DNA of 64,000 nt from Eledone cirrhosa (GCA_964016885.1 OZ024741.1:26102001-26166000), one strand, 5' to 3'; shown: positions 39,400-52,595, counted from the first letter of the stretch. A program made the numbers and translations. Notes: generated by a model not told the origin, from the letters alone.

Positions 39400-39940
39400 A
39401 CTTTGAAAAGCATAGTCAGAGTAGGTCTATCCAGCCTTGTCAATCTTGCCATTCTCATAAAACACACTAAAAGGCAGCACTTCCCTCTCTACTCTCATCT
39501 TCCTCCTCAAGTGGAACTTGAAGAAGTTGATGAGGACTTGGCTCAAACCTTTTAGACATGTACATACGTTCATAGTAGAAGATGTGCTGTGCTTACCTTC
39601 TAAATGAAGGTAGTGGTTTAATTTTCACTATAAACCCCACTGATAGCCAGATCTTTGATACAAGCCCACAAGTCTGCAATGCATGGATAATGGGAATTGG
39701 GTGATGGCATGTAGGACAGTTTCATTGCCTTGCGTGTATCTCAGACATGTCTGGCTGTTGGCACTCCCATATCTGTAAAGCTTCTCTTGAACTGGTGTTA
39801 TGCCAACGATGTTTGGAAACTGTCCATAATCCTTGACATGAAAGTCTTCCAGAAGATTCTGTTCAAACTGTCCTTGTCAACATCTAGAACCACACCCAGG
39901 CCATCGTCACTCAGACCTTCTACCAATCCTCTATAGAAAG
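39400..39940 (-). mobile_element. Highly decayed L1/Tx1-like LINE 3' fragment
   Basis: Minus translation contains ...GNETVLHAITQ, resembling the C-terminal E-T-x-x-H zinc-knuckle motif; many disruptions. Confidence 0.4.
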
Positions 39941-40843
39941 CAAGTGTTAATGATAATTAGTATTTCTAACAAGAGCAGTGAATTGGTAGTATCAGTAGAG
40001 CGTTGAACATCATGCTTCGTTGCGTAGAGTTACAAACCTTTATGTTCTGGGTTCAAATTCCGCCGAGGTTAGCTTTGCCTTTCATCATTATGGGGTCAAT
40101 AAAATTAAGAACTGGGGTCGATTTAATCAATTTTCCCCTCACCAACAATTGCTAGCCTTGTGCCTAAATCATAAACCATTCTTGTTAACACTGGCACAAG
40201 GCCAGCAACTCGGAGAAGGGGAAAGTCGATTATATCGATCAGTACTTAACTGGTACTTTATTTTATCGACCTCAGAAGGATGAAAGACAAAATTAATCTC
40301 GACGGATTTGAACTTTGAACGTAACTAAACACAACAAGGTATTTTGTCCAAGGTTTTAACAATTTATCAACCGATAATGATTTCTTACATTGGTGCAAAG
40401 CTACACCTTTGTTGAGGAGGGGTGTATTTAATTATATTATTCCCTCAGCATTCGTGATATTAATTATTGTATCATCTTTGAAGGGAGTTGTTCAGCCTGC
40501 TAGAACTAGCAGCCATATCTGCCCCAAATTATATTCTATCGTCTTAGAAAAGAACAAGTTTGATAATGTGGCCATAGGTTCGTTGTACATAGGAAAGTAG
40601 ATGGGGCATTAGAGATAGATTTGGCTGTTGTTTCTAACAGATCGGACAACCGCATAGAGGCTCCCGAAGTGGTAAGAACTCACAGGAGAGCTCTACAGCA
40701 GAAGCTCTTCAGAGAAGAAACTCTCGGAAAAGCTGGACAGCAGAAGGTTTTCGGAGAAGAAACACCCACTCAAGCATGTTTTTCGTTGAATATCTCAGGC
40801 TGAAATATAAACCAAGGGAAATAACTACAGTGGTATTTGTAAG

Positions 40844-40880
40844 GTTTGCCCTAGTTACAGACTAACTGTTGCTTAACAAC
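40844..40880 (+). promoter_or_regulatory. Two RFX X-box-like motifs, candidate NEK10 promoter
   Basis: tttgccctagttac and gttgcttaacaac about 100 bp before a strong donor (tcaaa|gtaagt at 40986); NEK10 is a ciliary kinase. Confidence 0.45.
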
Positions 40881-42035
40881 TCGCACCTCACATGTTAAAT
40901 TATATATATTTATGTCAGTATGTCCAGTGTTAAAATTTCTCTGAGGATCACCTATCAATAGCTCGCTTTACCAGTTCTAATCAAAGTAAGTGCCTTAAAC
41001 TATCTTATTTGATATCTCTTTAGTATTATAAAATATCGACATGGTAAGGGGATCTGTCTAGTTTAGCAAGCATCCTCACATCGTTAACTGGCCAACGTAC
41101 TTGTATTAATACACACGCACACAGGCTTTCACGTTTTCTCATATATATACGTGTAAGGGTGTTGACTCTATTTCCACAAACTTATACATTGTCTAATCTC
41201 TTCACACACACACACACGTATATGTGTGTAACCATACACGCACACATTTGCGAATGTACTTCCCAACTACACTGTCTAACTTTTACTGTCTAATATCCAC
41301 CCGCGTACCCGCATTAGTTACATACCACTGAGTGTATACTTCTTTAGTCTTCTTCGTTTACTTATAACGTACCCCAATAGTTGTATATATATATATAGAG
41401 AGAGAGAGAGAGTGATGGGGGGGGGGGTATGAAGCAATATCCTTAGACGTGAAAAGGAAAAATTTAAACTGCTCATTATATTAGTTTCTTTTATTTGATG
41501 TTTTATGGTTATTTATACAACTGAATAAAATATCAATTAAAGGTAACAAAAATATATTAGTTTAACGCTTGATATAATAGGAAAAGAGCCTTGACGTATC
41601 AGAGGCAATCTGATACATCAGAATGTTTATATATCGTCTCCTACTTAGAAAATATCACCTTTTCCAGCGAAATATCCTTACTAAACAGGTAATTAAAGAA
41701 AAACGAAAATCAATAAGTTAGAGTAGCTAAATGTTATATAGAAATAGAGAGAAAGTGACGTCCAAACGGGTATCCTCCACCTCTGGGTCCCAGCTGACAG
41801 GATGGGGAGTACATTGCCCCAGGAGACGGCAAAAGTAATGTGTATTAAATAATTACTGTAATATATAGAACTCGTCTCATGAGATTTTGATCTGATGGAA
41901 ATAAAGTCACCAAAAAGTAATATATCTGTATTCTACGCTGATAGTTGTGTGTGTGTATTTCTATTAAGTTTGACTTGTTTGTGCATTACCAGTAGTTTCG
42001 TAGACATAAACACATCTAACTCCTCCATATGTCTG

Positions 42036-42375
42036 TGTATGGATACATTAACGCTCCGACGTCTGGCAACTGACTTGGTAGACACTTACAAGATTATTAA
42101 CCATCTTTCCAAACAGCCCCTTTTTGAATTCCATGTGTCTAACAGCCCTGGACATGCTCACAAAATCAGAAAACAGTACAGCTCCCATGACTTTCGGAAA
42201 CATTTTTTTTCATGCCCAGAGTTGCTGAAGCGTGGAACAAACTACCTGTATCAGTTGTTAGCTGTTAGGACACTATATCCTTCAAAACTTCCATGCTTCC
42301 CGAAATTCACCAACACTACACCTGATATCCCCCCCCCTCCATACACATGCATGTGTGTATATCATGACTCATACA
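42036..42375 (+). mobile_element. CR1-group LINE 3' fragment
   Basis: MDTLTLRRLATDLV...HDFRKHFF. Confidence 0.85.
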
Positions 42376-42989
42376 CATGATGATGGCTGCCCCCTCGTTA
42401 TCGAGTATGGCCATTGCACGATATTCCATTATTAATAATTATTAATTAATTCTATCATGCAATGCCTGTGCATGAAGATTATTTTTAAAGTGAGGAAAGA
42501 CTGTGCACTGAACCAATCCCACTCTCTGAGCGACAGTAGCTATAACCAGAAAAGAAGAAAAGATCAACATCATCGGTAACTACTGAGCCGCAGGTTTTAT
42601 CCCAGTTTCCTGAGTTGCCTTCTAGAAGAATGCTCTGACAAAGGCTAGGAGTCCTTCACTCCCAGTGGCTTAACCGCGCGATCAGGTATCCAGCTTGATT
42701 ATTTCTATGTCCCCGCGTATACACATTCATAGACACACACATACACACATATACATACATACATACATACACACACATAGATACATACACACACATAGAT
42801 ACACACACACACATACATACTTACACTCATGTATAGATATTTTCTGTATATTTTATTCTTAATTTTTTAATTTTCAGTGGATTGAATGAAGAGACGGATT
42901 ATTTCAAATATTGCAATCATAGATCAAAATATAATGATTGAGTTGGTGACTTGATCTTTGATGGCTGCTGTGGTTTGTATCCGCAAGAA

Positions 42990-43027
42990 ATGTCTACATC
43001 TATGAGAAACACAGCTACTTCGGAAAG
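42990..43027 (+). CDS. NEK10: NEK10 probable first coding exon (exon 42878-43027; MSTSMRNTATSES)
   Basis: Strong acceptor ttttcag at 42877; in-frame stop upstream of the ATG; phase-2 donor AAG|gttggt fits the next exon. Sequence itself is not conserved. Confidence 0.6.
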
Positions 43028-43059
43028 GTTGGTACTGGCATTAAATTCTTCTTCAACAA

Positions 43060-44345
43060 CTTCTTCTGTCATCCCATACCATCGTAGTCTTCTCTCCCAC
43101 TCACACTAAATCTAATTCCTCTTATACTCAACTTTTCTCTCAGTTCATCCATGCTTCGTAATCCATGCTTATTTAACATTGCACATACCTCGAATATGCT
43201 CACTTCATTTCTCTTCAGCCTTTGTATGTCCTCTGCAGTCACTGCCCATGTTTCCATTTTTCACTACCATGCACCATCGCACTTCTCACACGGGCGTCAT
43301 ACAGTCGTCCTTTTGTTCATAGGGAGAAACCTCTTGGCAACAGAGGGAGCAGCTCTCTAAATTCTAGCTATTATGCTCTTATAGCACCCTCCTCCACTGC
43401 TAATTGTATCACCTAGGTGGCAGAAACTAACACCACTTCTATAGATCCTTCCTCAGACGGGAAAAGGTTTATATCATTGGCATTCTTACTATCAATTATT
43501 CCTGAACATCTACTACATTCAAAGTCTTCCTTTCCTGTTAGTCAGCCTGCTATCCCACTACACCTCTTGTGTACCCAAGATTTTCTTACTCCTTTTTATT
43601 ACATATCAAGCAAGGTCACTTCCTTGATGGTATCAGGGTCCTCTCTTCTTTTCTACTTACTAAACTTAAGTTTTTCCTAGTTTACTCTAAGCCCCTTTGG
43701 TTTGAAATTGTGATTCCAAAACCAGAATTTCTTCTAACTCTTCCACAGATTTGGCTCTAAATCTGAGGTTGTTAGCATACAGAAGTTCCCATGGACAGCC
43801 AGTCTGTTATGGCCTGGAAAACTGATAAACACCTACCTTCACATTGAATTCCTCACTAAACTCACTACCTATTCTCATTTTACTGACAGCTCCTCTATAC
43901 ATGGCTTGTACTGCTCTCACAAGACATTCTTCTACACCTAGTTTCATAGAGATCACCAGATGATAGATTGAGGTACTCTGTCAAAATACTTCTTCAGATT
44001 AACAAAAGTTAGATATAGCTTGGAACTTCTCTTGTAGTTGTCTCACTAAGAAGAGAACATCTGTGGTACTCCTCCCTGGCATAAAACCAAACTGCATCTC
44101 ATCTAATTTAACTCTTTCCCTAATTAGATGTGCTAGATCACTTTCTTAACTTGTCCCATCAGTTTTATTCTCCTGCAGTTGCTCCTCTCTAGCATGTCAC
44201 TTTTTCCCTTATAACAATTAATGAGTCTACTACTACACCAGTCATTGAATATGACCCCATTGTGTATTACCTGATTGATTATGTTGGGGACTAGTTTGAC
44301 CCCTACTTCCCCAGAAGATTTCAAACATCCCAGCAACTATCTCTA
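43060..44345 (-). mobile_element. Old decayed RTE LINE fragment
   Basis: ETWAVTAEDIQRLKRNE and NCYKGKSDMLERSN remnants. Confidence 0.85.
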
Positions 44346-44382
44346 CACAGAGTTATAAATAAAAATATACATTTAATTTCAG

Positions 44383-44443
44383 TGATTTGCAGACATTGAA
44401 AACCTTGTTTGATGTCATCAATGCATCAGAGATAAACCTACAG
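44383..44443 (+). CDS. NEK10: NEK10 coding exon (DLQTLKTLFDVINASEINLQ)
   Basis: tttcag| and |gtaagg; phase 2 to 0; resembles recalled vertebrate DLKRLRCLLNV. Confidence 0.75.
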
Positions 44444-44479
44444 GTAAGGCTTGTTAGAGGAAATCATTTTTACATATAT

Positions 44480-44862
44480 ACATACAAGCACTCAGACACA
44501 CATACAGACTGGCACATATACACACCTCCATAAAGACAAATACACACATACATACACACAGATTGGCACATACACACACCTACATAAAGACAAATACACA
44601 CATACATACACACAGATTGGCACATACACACACCTACATAAAGACAAATACACACACATAGATTGGTACATACACACACCTACATAAAGACAAATACACA
44701 CACACACAGAGACTGGCACATACACACACCTACATAAAAACAAATATTCACACACACACACATACACTGACACATACACACACCTACATAAAGACAAACA
44801 CACACACACAGATACATGCACACACACACACACACACAGACATAGACATAAACACACAGACA
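44480..44862. repeat. ~48-bp CA-rich minisatellite
   Basis: Repeated ggcacatacacacacctacataaagacaaatacacac. Confidence 0.85.
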
Positions 44863-45339
44863 CAAGGGACATAATAGAAAGTTATATACAGGTTAAAAAA
44901 ATATAGAACCAATCTAAGAAGGTGGGGTGCTGGAATTACTACTCTACTGCATCAGGTGAGATGTCTTGTGGTATTTCTTCTGGTTCTTTGTGTTCTAAGT
45001 TCTTGTGTGTTAGACTTACCATATACAGGACAAGCATAAAGTCTTTCCCTTTTTGTTTCCTAGATGTCATTTTGTTACAGAAAATTTCAACTACTTCCCG
45101 TAGAAGAGAAAATGTAAAACATGTTCAGAAAAACTTTAAACTTGAAATTTATAAATTAAAACAATGAAAAACTAAAATCTCACATAGTATCTGAGATATG
45201 GTATTTTGGTATTTTATAATCAGGGAAATACTTTATACTTACCCTGTATATTCAAATATAAGCCAACCCCTATTTTATGTCTGAGGAATGGACAAAAATT
45301 CAAACCTTGTGTATAAACCGAGGTAGTTAATCAACACAT

Positions 45340-45628
45340 TATGTTTAGATACTTTTTATCGTGACACCTACACAACAACTTTTCAGTGTGGTCTGGGTGC
45401 TTTTTGTTGTGACACCTATACAACCACTTTACAGTGTGTACTGGATGCTTTTTGTTGTGACACCTATACAACCACTTTACAGTGTGGACTGGGTGTTTTT
45501 TGTTGTGACACCTACACGTTACAGTGTATACTGGGTGGTTTTTGTCATGACACCTACACAACCACTTTACAATGTAGACAGTGTTTTTTATCATGACACC
45601 TACACAATCACTTTTTGTTGTGGCACCT
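45340..45628. repeat. ~44-bp minisatellite derived from the RTE 3' UTR
   Basis: Units gtgacacctacacaaccactttacagtgtggactgggtgctttttgtt match RTE 3' UTR sequence at ~27075-27133. Confidence 0.75.
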
Positions 45629-45839
45629 AACTTAACAAAATGTTTTCATATCAAATGATGATGGAAAGTTTTAATCTAAATAGGTTCTCTTTAAAATATG
45701 TGATTTCATTTCATGGAACCAGGGACAGTTTTGGTTAGGTTGATATGAAAAGCGTTAATGATTCTTTCTATTTGCCATGTTGAAATAGATGGTGTGTTCA
45801 TATGTTTGTATTTTCTTCATTATTTTGGTCACCATTCAG

Positions 45840-45943
45840 GGTTCCACTGATGAGACAGACACAAGAGAAATCAATGAAAGTCACTCTACTTCCATTTCTT
45901 CCAGACAATTCTCATTAGAAGCACATGCATTAGAACAGTTCAG
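45840..45943 (+). CDS. NEK10: NEK10 coding exon (GSTDET...LEAHALEQFS)
   Basis: attcag| and |gtttgt; phase 0 to 2; resembles recalled EAVELENFS. Confidence 0.8.
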
Positions 45944-46310
45944 GTTTGTTATATATGAAATATAGTTTCTTGATATTTATATAACTAACCAGGTACGCTT
46001 CATTTCAGGTGCAGGGGTCCACATCTGTCCCGTGAGGTCATTGGTAATTGGTGTTTCTCCCATCCTAGATAATCTGCTGTTTTGTTAGCTTACAAAGTTC
46101 AGCATGTTGATAGAATTTTTAAAAAAGAAATTCATTAATTTTTTATAAACTTTCATTATTGTATACTTCTCTTCACTAATGCTTTCATTTATGAAATAAT
46201 TTTGATTTGTATTTGTAGTAGACTAAACATAAACTTGTAACTTTGTTTATAATGCCTTCTAATTTGATGTTGATAAAAGTATGTCAATATAGATAATATG
46301 TCAACATAGA

Positions 46311-46468
46311 TAATTGTTTCTACTTTAAGCACAAGGCCAGCAATTACCCAGTGTATTACTGGTACTTTATTTTATCGACCCCGTAAGAATGAAAGGCAAA
46401 GTTAACCTCGGCGGGATTTTAACTCAGAATGGCAAGGGCCGTAACTCTATGCGTCAAAGCATGGCGTC
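46311..46468 (-). mobile_element. SINE truncated where an RTE tail begins
   Basis: Reverse-complement SINE body stops at aaagcatggcgtc, directly beside (CAT)n. Confidence 0.8.
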
Positions 46469-46469
46469 A

Positions 46470-49400
46470 ATCATCATCATCATCATCACCGTTTTACGTC
46501 CGTTCTTCCACGCTAGCATGGGTTAGACGGGTTGTCCTGTTGTGGGCAGTGTCTGGTCGGCTGACCATGCCTTGCTCATACAGGAACTGATCTGGCTTGA
46601 TTTCTACAGCTGGATGCCCTTCCTAACACCAACCTCATTTACAGTGAGTGCTGGGTGCTTTTTCGTGGCGCCTACACGTCCACTTTACAGTGTGGGCTGG
46701 GTGCTTTTTTGCCGTGGCACCTCCACGACCACCTTGCGGTGGGGGGGGGGGGGGCATATTGTTTATATGCTTCAGCATGTACCCATGGGAGGTCGGGTAC
46801 CCTGTATTACTGCGTGACGCCAGAAGTCACGGTCGTGTGTCATTGACTTTGAGAGGTGTAGTTGGGTAAGGTCGGCTCTTATCACCTCATCCCAAGTCAT
46901 CTTGGGTCTCCCCACTCCGCGGTTTCCATCAACTTCTAGTGCTCTGCACCTTTTTATGCAGCTGTCATCCTTCATACGCATCACATGTCCATACCAGCGT
47001 AACCGCCTCTCCTGCACGCAGCATTTGATTCCTCTTATGCTCAGTCTCTCTCTCAATTCATTTATGCTTTGTCGTTCACGTATATTACTGTTACACATCC
47101 ATCGGAGCATGCAGGCTTCGTTTCTCTCTAATCTACGTAAGTCTTCCACCTTCAGCGCCCAGGTCTCACTACCATGCAACATCGCTGTTCGGATACACGC
47201 ATCATACAGTCTGCCTTTCATTCTGAGGGAGAAGCCTTTTGCAGCTAGCAGTGGTAGTAGTTCCCTAAACTTCTTCCATCCCGTTCTTACCCTAGTTATT
47301 GTACTTTCTGAGCACCCACCTCCGTTGCTAATTCGGTCACCTAGGTAGCAGAAGCTGTCTACTGTTTCTACAGGGCCCTCCCAGAGATTGGTGGTACTTG
47401 TTTCCTGTGGCTGTTTGCTTGCTGTTTCAGCACAGCTGCTGCATGTGAATCCTACATTCTTAATTAAGCTTCCTGAGATCCCGCTACATCTCTTGTGTAC
47501 CCATTGTTTGCATTTGGGGCAAAGAATGGAGTTCCTACCTACACCTTTCCTACATACTGAGCAAGGCCATTTCCCTGAGGGGATCTGGGTTCTGTTTTCT
47601 CGTCTACTTATAAGGACCTTAGTCTTTGTCATGTTGACTTTGAGGCCCTTTCTCTCTAGTCCCTGCTTCCAGGTTTGGAATTTATTCTCTAGTTCTACCA
47701 TAGATTCAGCTATGAGTGCGAGGTCATCAGCATACAGGAGTTCCCATGGGCATCCGGTCTTAAACTCCTCCGTTATTGCCTGCAGGACTATGATGAACAG
47801 GAGAGGGCTAAGAACAGAGCCCTGGTGGACCCCAACCTGTACGCTAAATTCCTCGCTATACTCATTGCCAATCCTAACTTTGCTGACTGCTCCCCTATAC
47901 ATGGCTTGTACCGCTTTCACAAGCCATTCATCTACTCCTAGTTTTCTAAGAGCCCACCAGATTACTGCACGTGGAACTCTGTCAAAGGCTTTCTCAAGGT
48001 CGACAAATGCCAAGTAGAGTGGCTTACTTTTAGCTAGGTACTTTTCCTGTAATTGCCTCACAAGGAAGAGCGCATCAGTGGTGCCTTTCCCTGGAACAAA
48101 CCCAAATTGCATCTCGTCTATATTCGCCCGGTCCCTAATCAGCTGTGCTATAACTCTTTCTGTTACTTTCATGACCTGGTCCATCAACTTTATACCTCTA
48201 TAGTTTCCTCTATCTAGTGCATCGCCTTTACCTTTGTAGCAGTTGACAATGATGCTACTGCACCAATCTTTTGGTATGGCCCCCTCTAGTATTACCTGGT
48301 TAACGATACGTGTGGTTATAGTGTGACCTACAGACCCAGATGCCTTCAGCATCTCGGCAGCTATACCCGATGGACCGGTTGCCTTCCCTATCTTCATATC
48401 TCTGATTGCCTTACTTACTACGCTGCCGCTGACTTGTACTGCTGGTCCCTCTATAGGGTCTACGTGGGGTAGGGTCTCTTCTTCCCATGCATTCTCCTCA
48501 TTTAGTAATCTATCATAATGACTCTTCCATGCATCTTTCTTCTCAGCACTTGTGAGGGCAAGCTCACCTTTATCATTCCGGATACACTTCTCTCCAATGA
48601 CATCACAACTATCTCTGACACACTGCCTCGCAATCTTGAATACCTCCTGTTTCTGGTCCTCACGTTGTAAAACATGCTTGAATTTTCTATCCTCTGCTTC
48701 CCTCCTAGCTAAGTATACTTGTCGCCTAGCTTCCCTCTTGGTCTCTATGTAATGTACCCTGCTCCCCCCGTTCTTCCATTCTTTCCATGCCTGTCTCTTG
48801 GCCTTGACTGCTTCATCTACCTTATTGTTCCACCACCAAGTCACTCTCCTCCTGCTTGAGGTCTTACTCCAGCCACAAACCTCATCCGTCGCCTCTAGTA
48901 AGTTATTTTTTAGGAACTCCCAGTTCTCTTCTACGTTAAATGTCTCTATCTGTTCTTCTTTACTGTCGTAGGCGTTGAGTAAAATATCTTTAAATCTGTT
49001 ACTGGTTGAGGGGACTTTCAGCTTCCAGATCTTTCTTCTCCAGGTTGGCCTCTGTTTCAGGGCTCGTCTAGTTCTGACCGTGAGGTCGCTGACAACTAAG
49101 CTATGTTGGGATGTACATTCCTCACTAGGGAAGGCTTTTGTGTTTACGACCGTCCATCTGTCACGTCCTCTGATGAGAATAAAATCTAACTGACTAGAGT
49201 GCTCCCCTGATCTATAGGTGATCAGGTGGTTGTCGGGTTTTTTAAAGTTTGTGTTACATATCGACATGTCATTGGCGTCGCAGAATTCTAGAAGTCTGAA
49301 TCCTTCCTCATTCCTTGTGCCAACTCCATGGCCTCCATGTACTCTATTGAAGCCGTCGCAGTGTTTACCTACGTGTCCGTTAAAATCTCCTGCAATGATT

Positions 49401-49806
49401 AGGAAGTCCTTGTCGTCTGTTAGAGCAGTAGTGTGTATTAGGGACTCGTAAAACCTATCCTTAAGTTCGTCTGGCAGCCCCGATTGGGGTGCGTAAGCTG
49501 ATATTATTGTGGTAATTGTCTTATTCAGGACTAGTCTGAGTTTAATGATTCTTGCATTTACCCTGTACACTGAGATTACTTTATCTACCCACTTGTCAGC
49601 TAATAGTATACCTACACCACCCATCCCATCGTCATTTCCCACCCAGAAAAATTTGTAGCACTGGCTTTTTCCTACAAGGACTCTAGCAGACCCTCCTCTC
49701 CATCTAGTCTCTTGCACACAGCATACATCAACTTCCTTTCGCTCTAGCATTTCTACGATTTCTCCTGCTCTTCCTTTCATTGAGCCTACATTGATGGTAC
49801 CAATAT
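46470..49806 (-). mobile_element. RTE-clade LINE (different subfamily) with uninterrupted APE-RT-PHD ORF, 5' UTR missing, antisense in a NEK10 intron
   Basis: ORF 46772-49861; element similarity starts at IGTINVG; QETRW, GDFNGH, SQH, DLEKAFD, GVHQGS, LLYADD and C4HC3 all intact; (GAT)n tail. Confidence 0.96.
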
Positions 49807-49992
49807 AGATAGTAATAACAATAACAATGATGATGGTGATATAATGAGAGTGATAAAACACAATAACAATGATGATGGTGATATAATGAGAGTGATAAAA
49901 CTAAATGGCAACAACTTTTAGTTTAACTCTTCCCGTCAATAAATTCCAAGGTACAGAGTTTTCACTGGTATTTTTCTTGTACATATTTTCAG

Positions 49993-50085
49993 CCGTAGAT
50001 ACAAAAATTGCCGGAACTTCAGCCATCTTTCGAAATACATTGACATGATATTTTCATGTCTTGTGAAGAACCGTTTATGTAATTG
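49993..50085 (+). CDS. NEK10: NEK10 coding exon (RRYKNCRNFSHLSKYIDMIFSCLVKNRLCN)
   Basis: ttttcag| and |gtaaga; phase 2 to 2; resembles recalled YKNERNFS...IFTALVKNRL. Confidence 0.9.
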
Positions 50086-50184
50086 GTAAGAATTAGATTT
50101 TATTTTTCTCAGTGTTTGGACATTTCTATCTGCTTCATTTAAGTTGTTTCTGTTTGGAAAGGAGAGAAAGTTGTTCCACTTTAC

Positions 50185-50525
50185 AACATTTCACTACATG
50201 TCTCTACATTTCACTACATGTGTCTACATTTCACTACATGTGACTACACCATTTCACTGCATGTGTATATACACCATTTCACTACATGTTATTACATCAT
50301 TTGACTACATGTGTCCACATTTCACTACATGTTTCTACAACATTTCACTAAATGTGTCTACACCATTTCACTACATGTATTTACACCATTTCACTAAATG
50401 TGTCTACAACATTTCACTACATGTTTCTACAATATTTCACTATGTGTGATTACACCATTTCACTACATGTGACTACACCATTTCATTACATGTGCGTCTA
50501 CACCATTTCCCTACATGTGACTACA
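50185..50525. repeat. ~24-bp degenerate minisatellite (catttcactacatgtgtctacac)
   Basis: Visible tandem units. Confidence 0.85.
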
Positions 50526-50685
50526 ATGTGTGTGTGTTTGTCTCATGCTGGACGGTCTCAAAAGTTGTCTGTGTAAACATGCATGAATGTGAAACAACAA
50601 CAACGAAACTAACATTATCCATATAACTTGATCTACATGGTATGGTAATATAATAAAGAAGAGTGGTGCTCATTTACAGGCCTGT

Positions 50686-52259
50686 CTGAAGAACCACCTT
50701 GAGGGGCATGACTTGGTCATATGCTCCATCTTTGGCATGCTTTCTACAGCTGAATGTCCTCTGAATAACCACCTTGAGGGGCATGTCTTGGTCATATGCT
50801 CAATCTTTGGCATGCTTTCTACAGCCGAATGTCCTCTGAAGAACCACCTTGAGGGGCCTGTCTTGGTCATATGCTCCATCTTTGGCATGCTTTCTACAGC
50901 CGAATGTCCTCTGAAGAACCACCTTGAGGGGCCTGTCTTGATCATATGCTCCATCTTTGGCATGCTTTCTACAGCTGAATGTTCTCTGAAGAACCACCTT
51001 GAGGGGCATGTCTTGGTCATATGCTCCATCTTTGGCATGCTTTCTACAGCCGAATGTCCTCTGAAGAACCACCTTGAGGGGCCTGTCTTGATCATATGCT
51101 CCATCTTTGGCATGCTTTCTACAGCTGAATGTTCTCTGAAGAACCACCTTGAGGGGCATGTCTTGGTCATATGCTCCATCTTTGGCATGCTTTCTACAGC
51201 TGAATGTCCTCTGAGGAACCACCTTAAGGGGCATGTCTTGGTCATATGCTCCATCTTTGGCATGCTTTCTACAGCCGAATGTCCTCTGAAGAACCACCTT
51301 GAGGGGCCTGTCTTGGTCATATGCTCCATCTTTGGCATGCTTTCTACAGCTGAATGTCCTCTGAGGAACCACCTTGAGGGGCCTGTCTTGGTCATATGCT
51401 CCATCTTTGGCATGCTTTCTACAGCCGAATGTCCTCTGAAGAACCACCTTGAGGGGCATGTCTTGGTCATATGCTCCATCTTTGGCATGCTTTCTACAGC
51501 TGAATGTCCTCTGAGGAACCACCTTAAGGGGCATGTCTTGGTCATATGCTCCATCTTTGGCATGCTTTCTACAGCTGAATGTCCTCTGAAGAACCACCTT
51601 GAGGGGCATGTCTTGGTCATATGCTCCACCTTTGGCATGCTTTCTACAGCTGAATGTCCTCTGAAGAACCACCTTGAGGGGCATGTCTTGGTCATATGCT
51701 CCATCTTTGGCATGCTTTCTACAGCTGAATGTCCTCTGAGGAACCACCTTAAGGGGCATGTCTTGGTCATATGCTCCATCTTTGGCATGCTTTCTACAGC
51801 CGAATGTCCTCTGAAGAACCACCTTGAGGGGCCTGTCTTGGTCATATGCTCCATCTTTGGCATGCTTTCTACAGCTGAATGTCCTCTGAGGAACCACCTT
51901 GAGGGGCCTGTCTTGGTCATATGCTCCATCTTTGGCATGCTTTCTACAGCCGAATGTCCTCTGAAGAACCACCTTGAGGGGCATGTCTTGGTCATATGCT
52001 CCATCTTTGGCATGCTTTCTACAGCTGAATGTCCTCTGAGGAACCACCTTAAGGGGCATGTCTTGGTCATATGCTCCATCTTTGGCATGCTTTCTACAGC
52101 TGAATGTCCTCTGAAGAACCACCTTGAGGGGCATGTCTTGGTCATATGCTCCACCTTTGGCATGCTTTCTACAGCTGAATGTCCTCTGAAGAACCACCTT
52201 GAGGGGCATGTCTTGGTCATATGCTCCATCTTTGGCATGCTTTCTACAGCTGAATGTCC
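50686..52259. repeat. 75-bp satellite, 21 copies, with higher-order structure
   Basis: Unit ctgaagaaccaccttgaggggcatgtcttggtcatatgctccatctttggcatgctttctacagctgaatgtcct; the variant pattern repeats with a 7-unit period. Confidence 0.97.
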
Positions 52260-52264
52260 ATCAT

Positions 52265-52595
52265 AGTAACTGGCACTTCGTCAGTTATGACAACGAGTGT
52301 TCCAGTTGATCCGATCAATGGAACAGCCTGCTAGTGAAATTAACGTGCAAGTGACTGAGCATTCCACAAACACGCGTAACCTTAGTGTAGTTCTCAGGGA
52401 GATTCAGCATGACACAGAATATGACAAAGCTGGCCCTTCGAATTACAGGCACAACTCATTTTTGCCATCTGAGTGGACTGGAGCAATGTGAAATAAAGTG
52501 TCTTGCTCAAGGACACAACACACCACCGGGAATCGAACTTACAACCTTATAATCTTTAGCCGAATACCCTAACCACAAAACTGCACACCTTCACC
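52265..52595 (-). mobile_element. tRNA-derived SINE (second family)
   Basis: Minus strand gtggttaggg...agttcgattcc...ccttgagcaagacactttatttcacattgctccag. Confidence 0.75.

Noticed and set aside
41755-41840. GC-rich patch as a possible HDV-like ribozyme (also ~16790-16875)
   Set aside because: Could not assign P1, P1.1, P3 and the catalytic C consistently by eye.
45064-45167. Acceptor-like sites with a short open frame in a NEK10 intron
   Set aside because: Runs into stops; 44443 splices in phase to 45840 with better similarity.
50670-52266. Three ~500-aa repetitive ORFs; CRISPR-like appearance; CTGAAGA as a hammerhead core
   Set aside because: Unit length is divisible by 3 and happens to lack stops; there are no unique spacers; no GAAA or stems follow the core.
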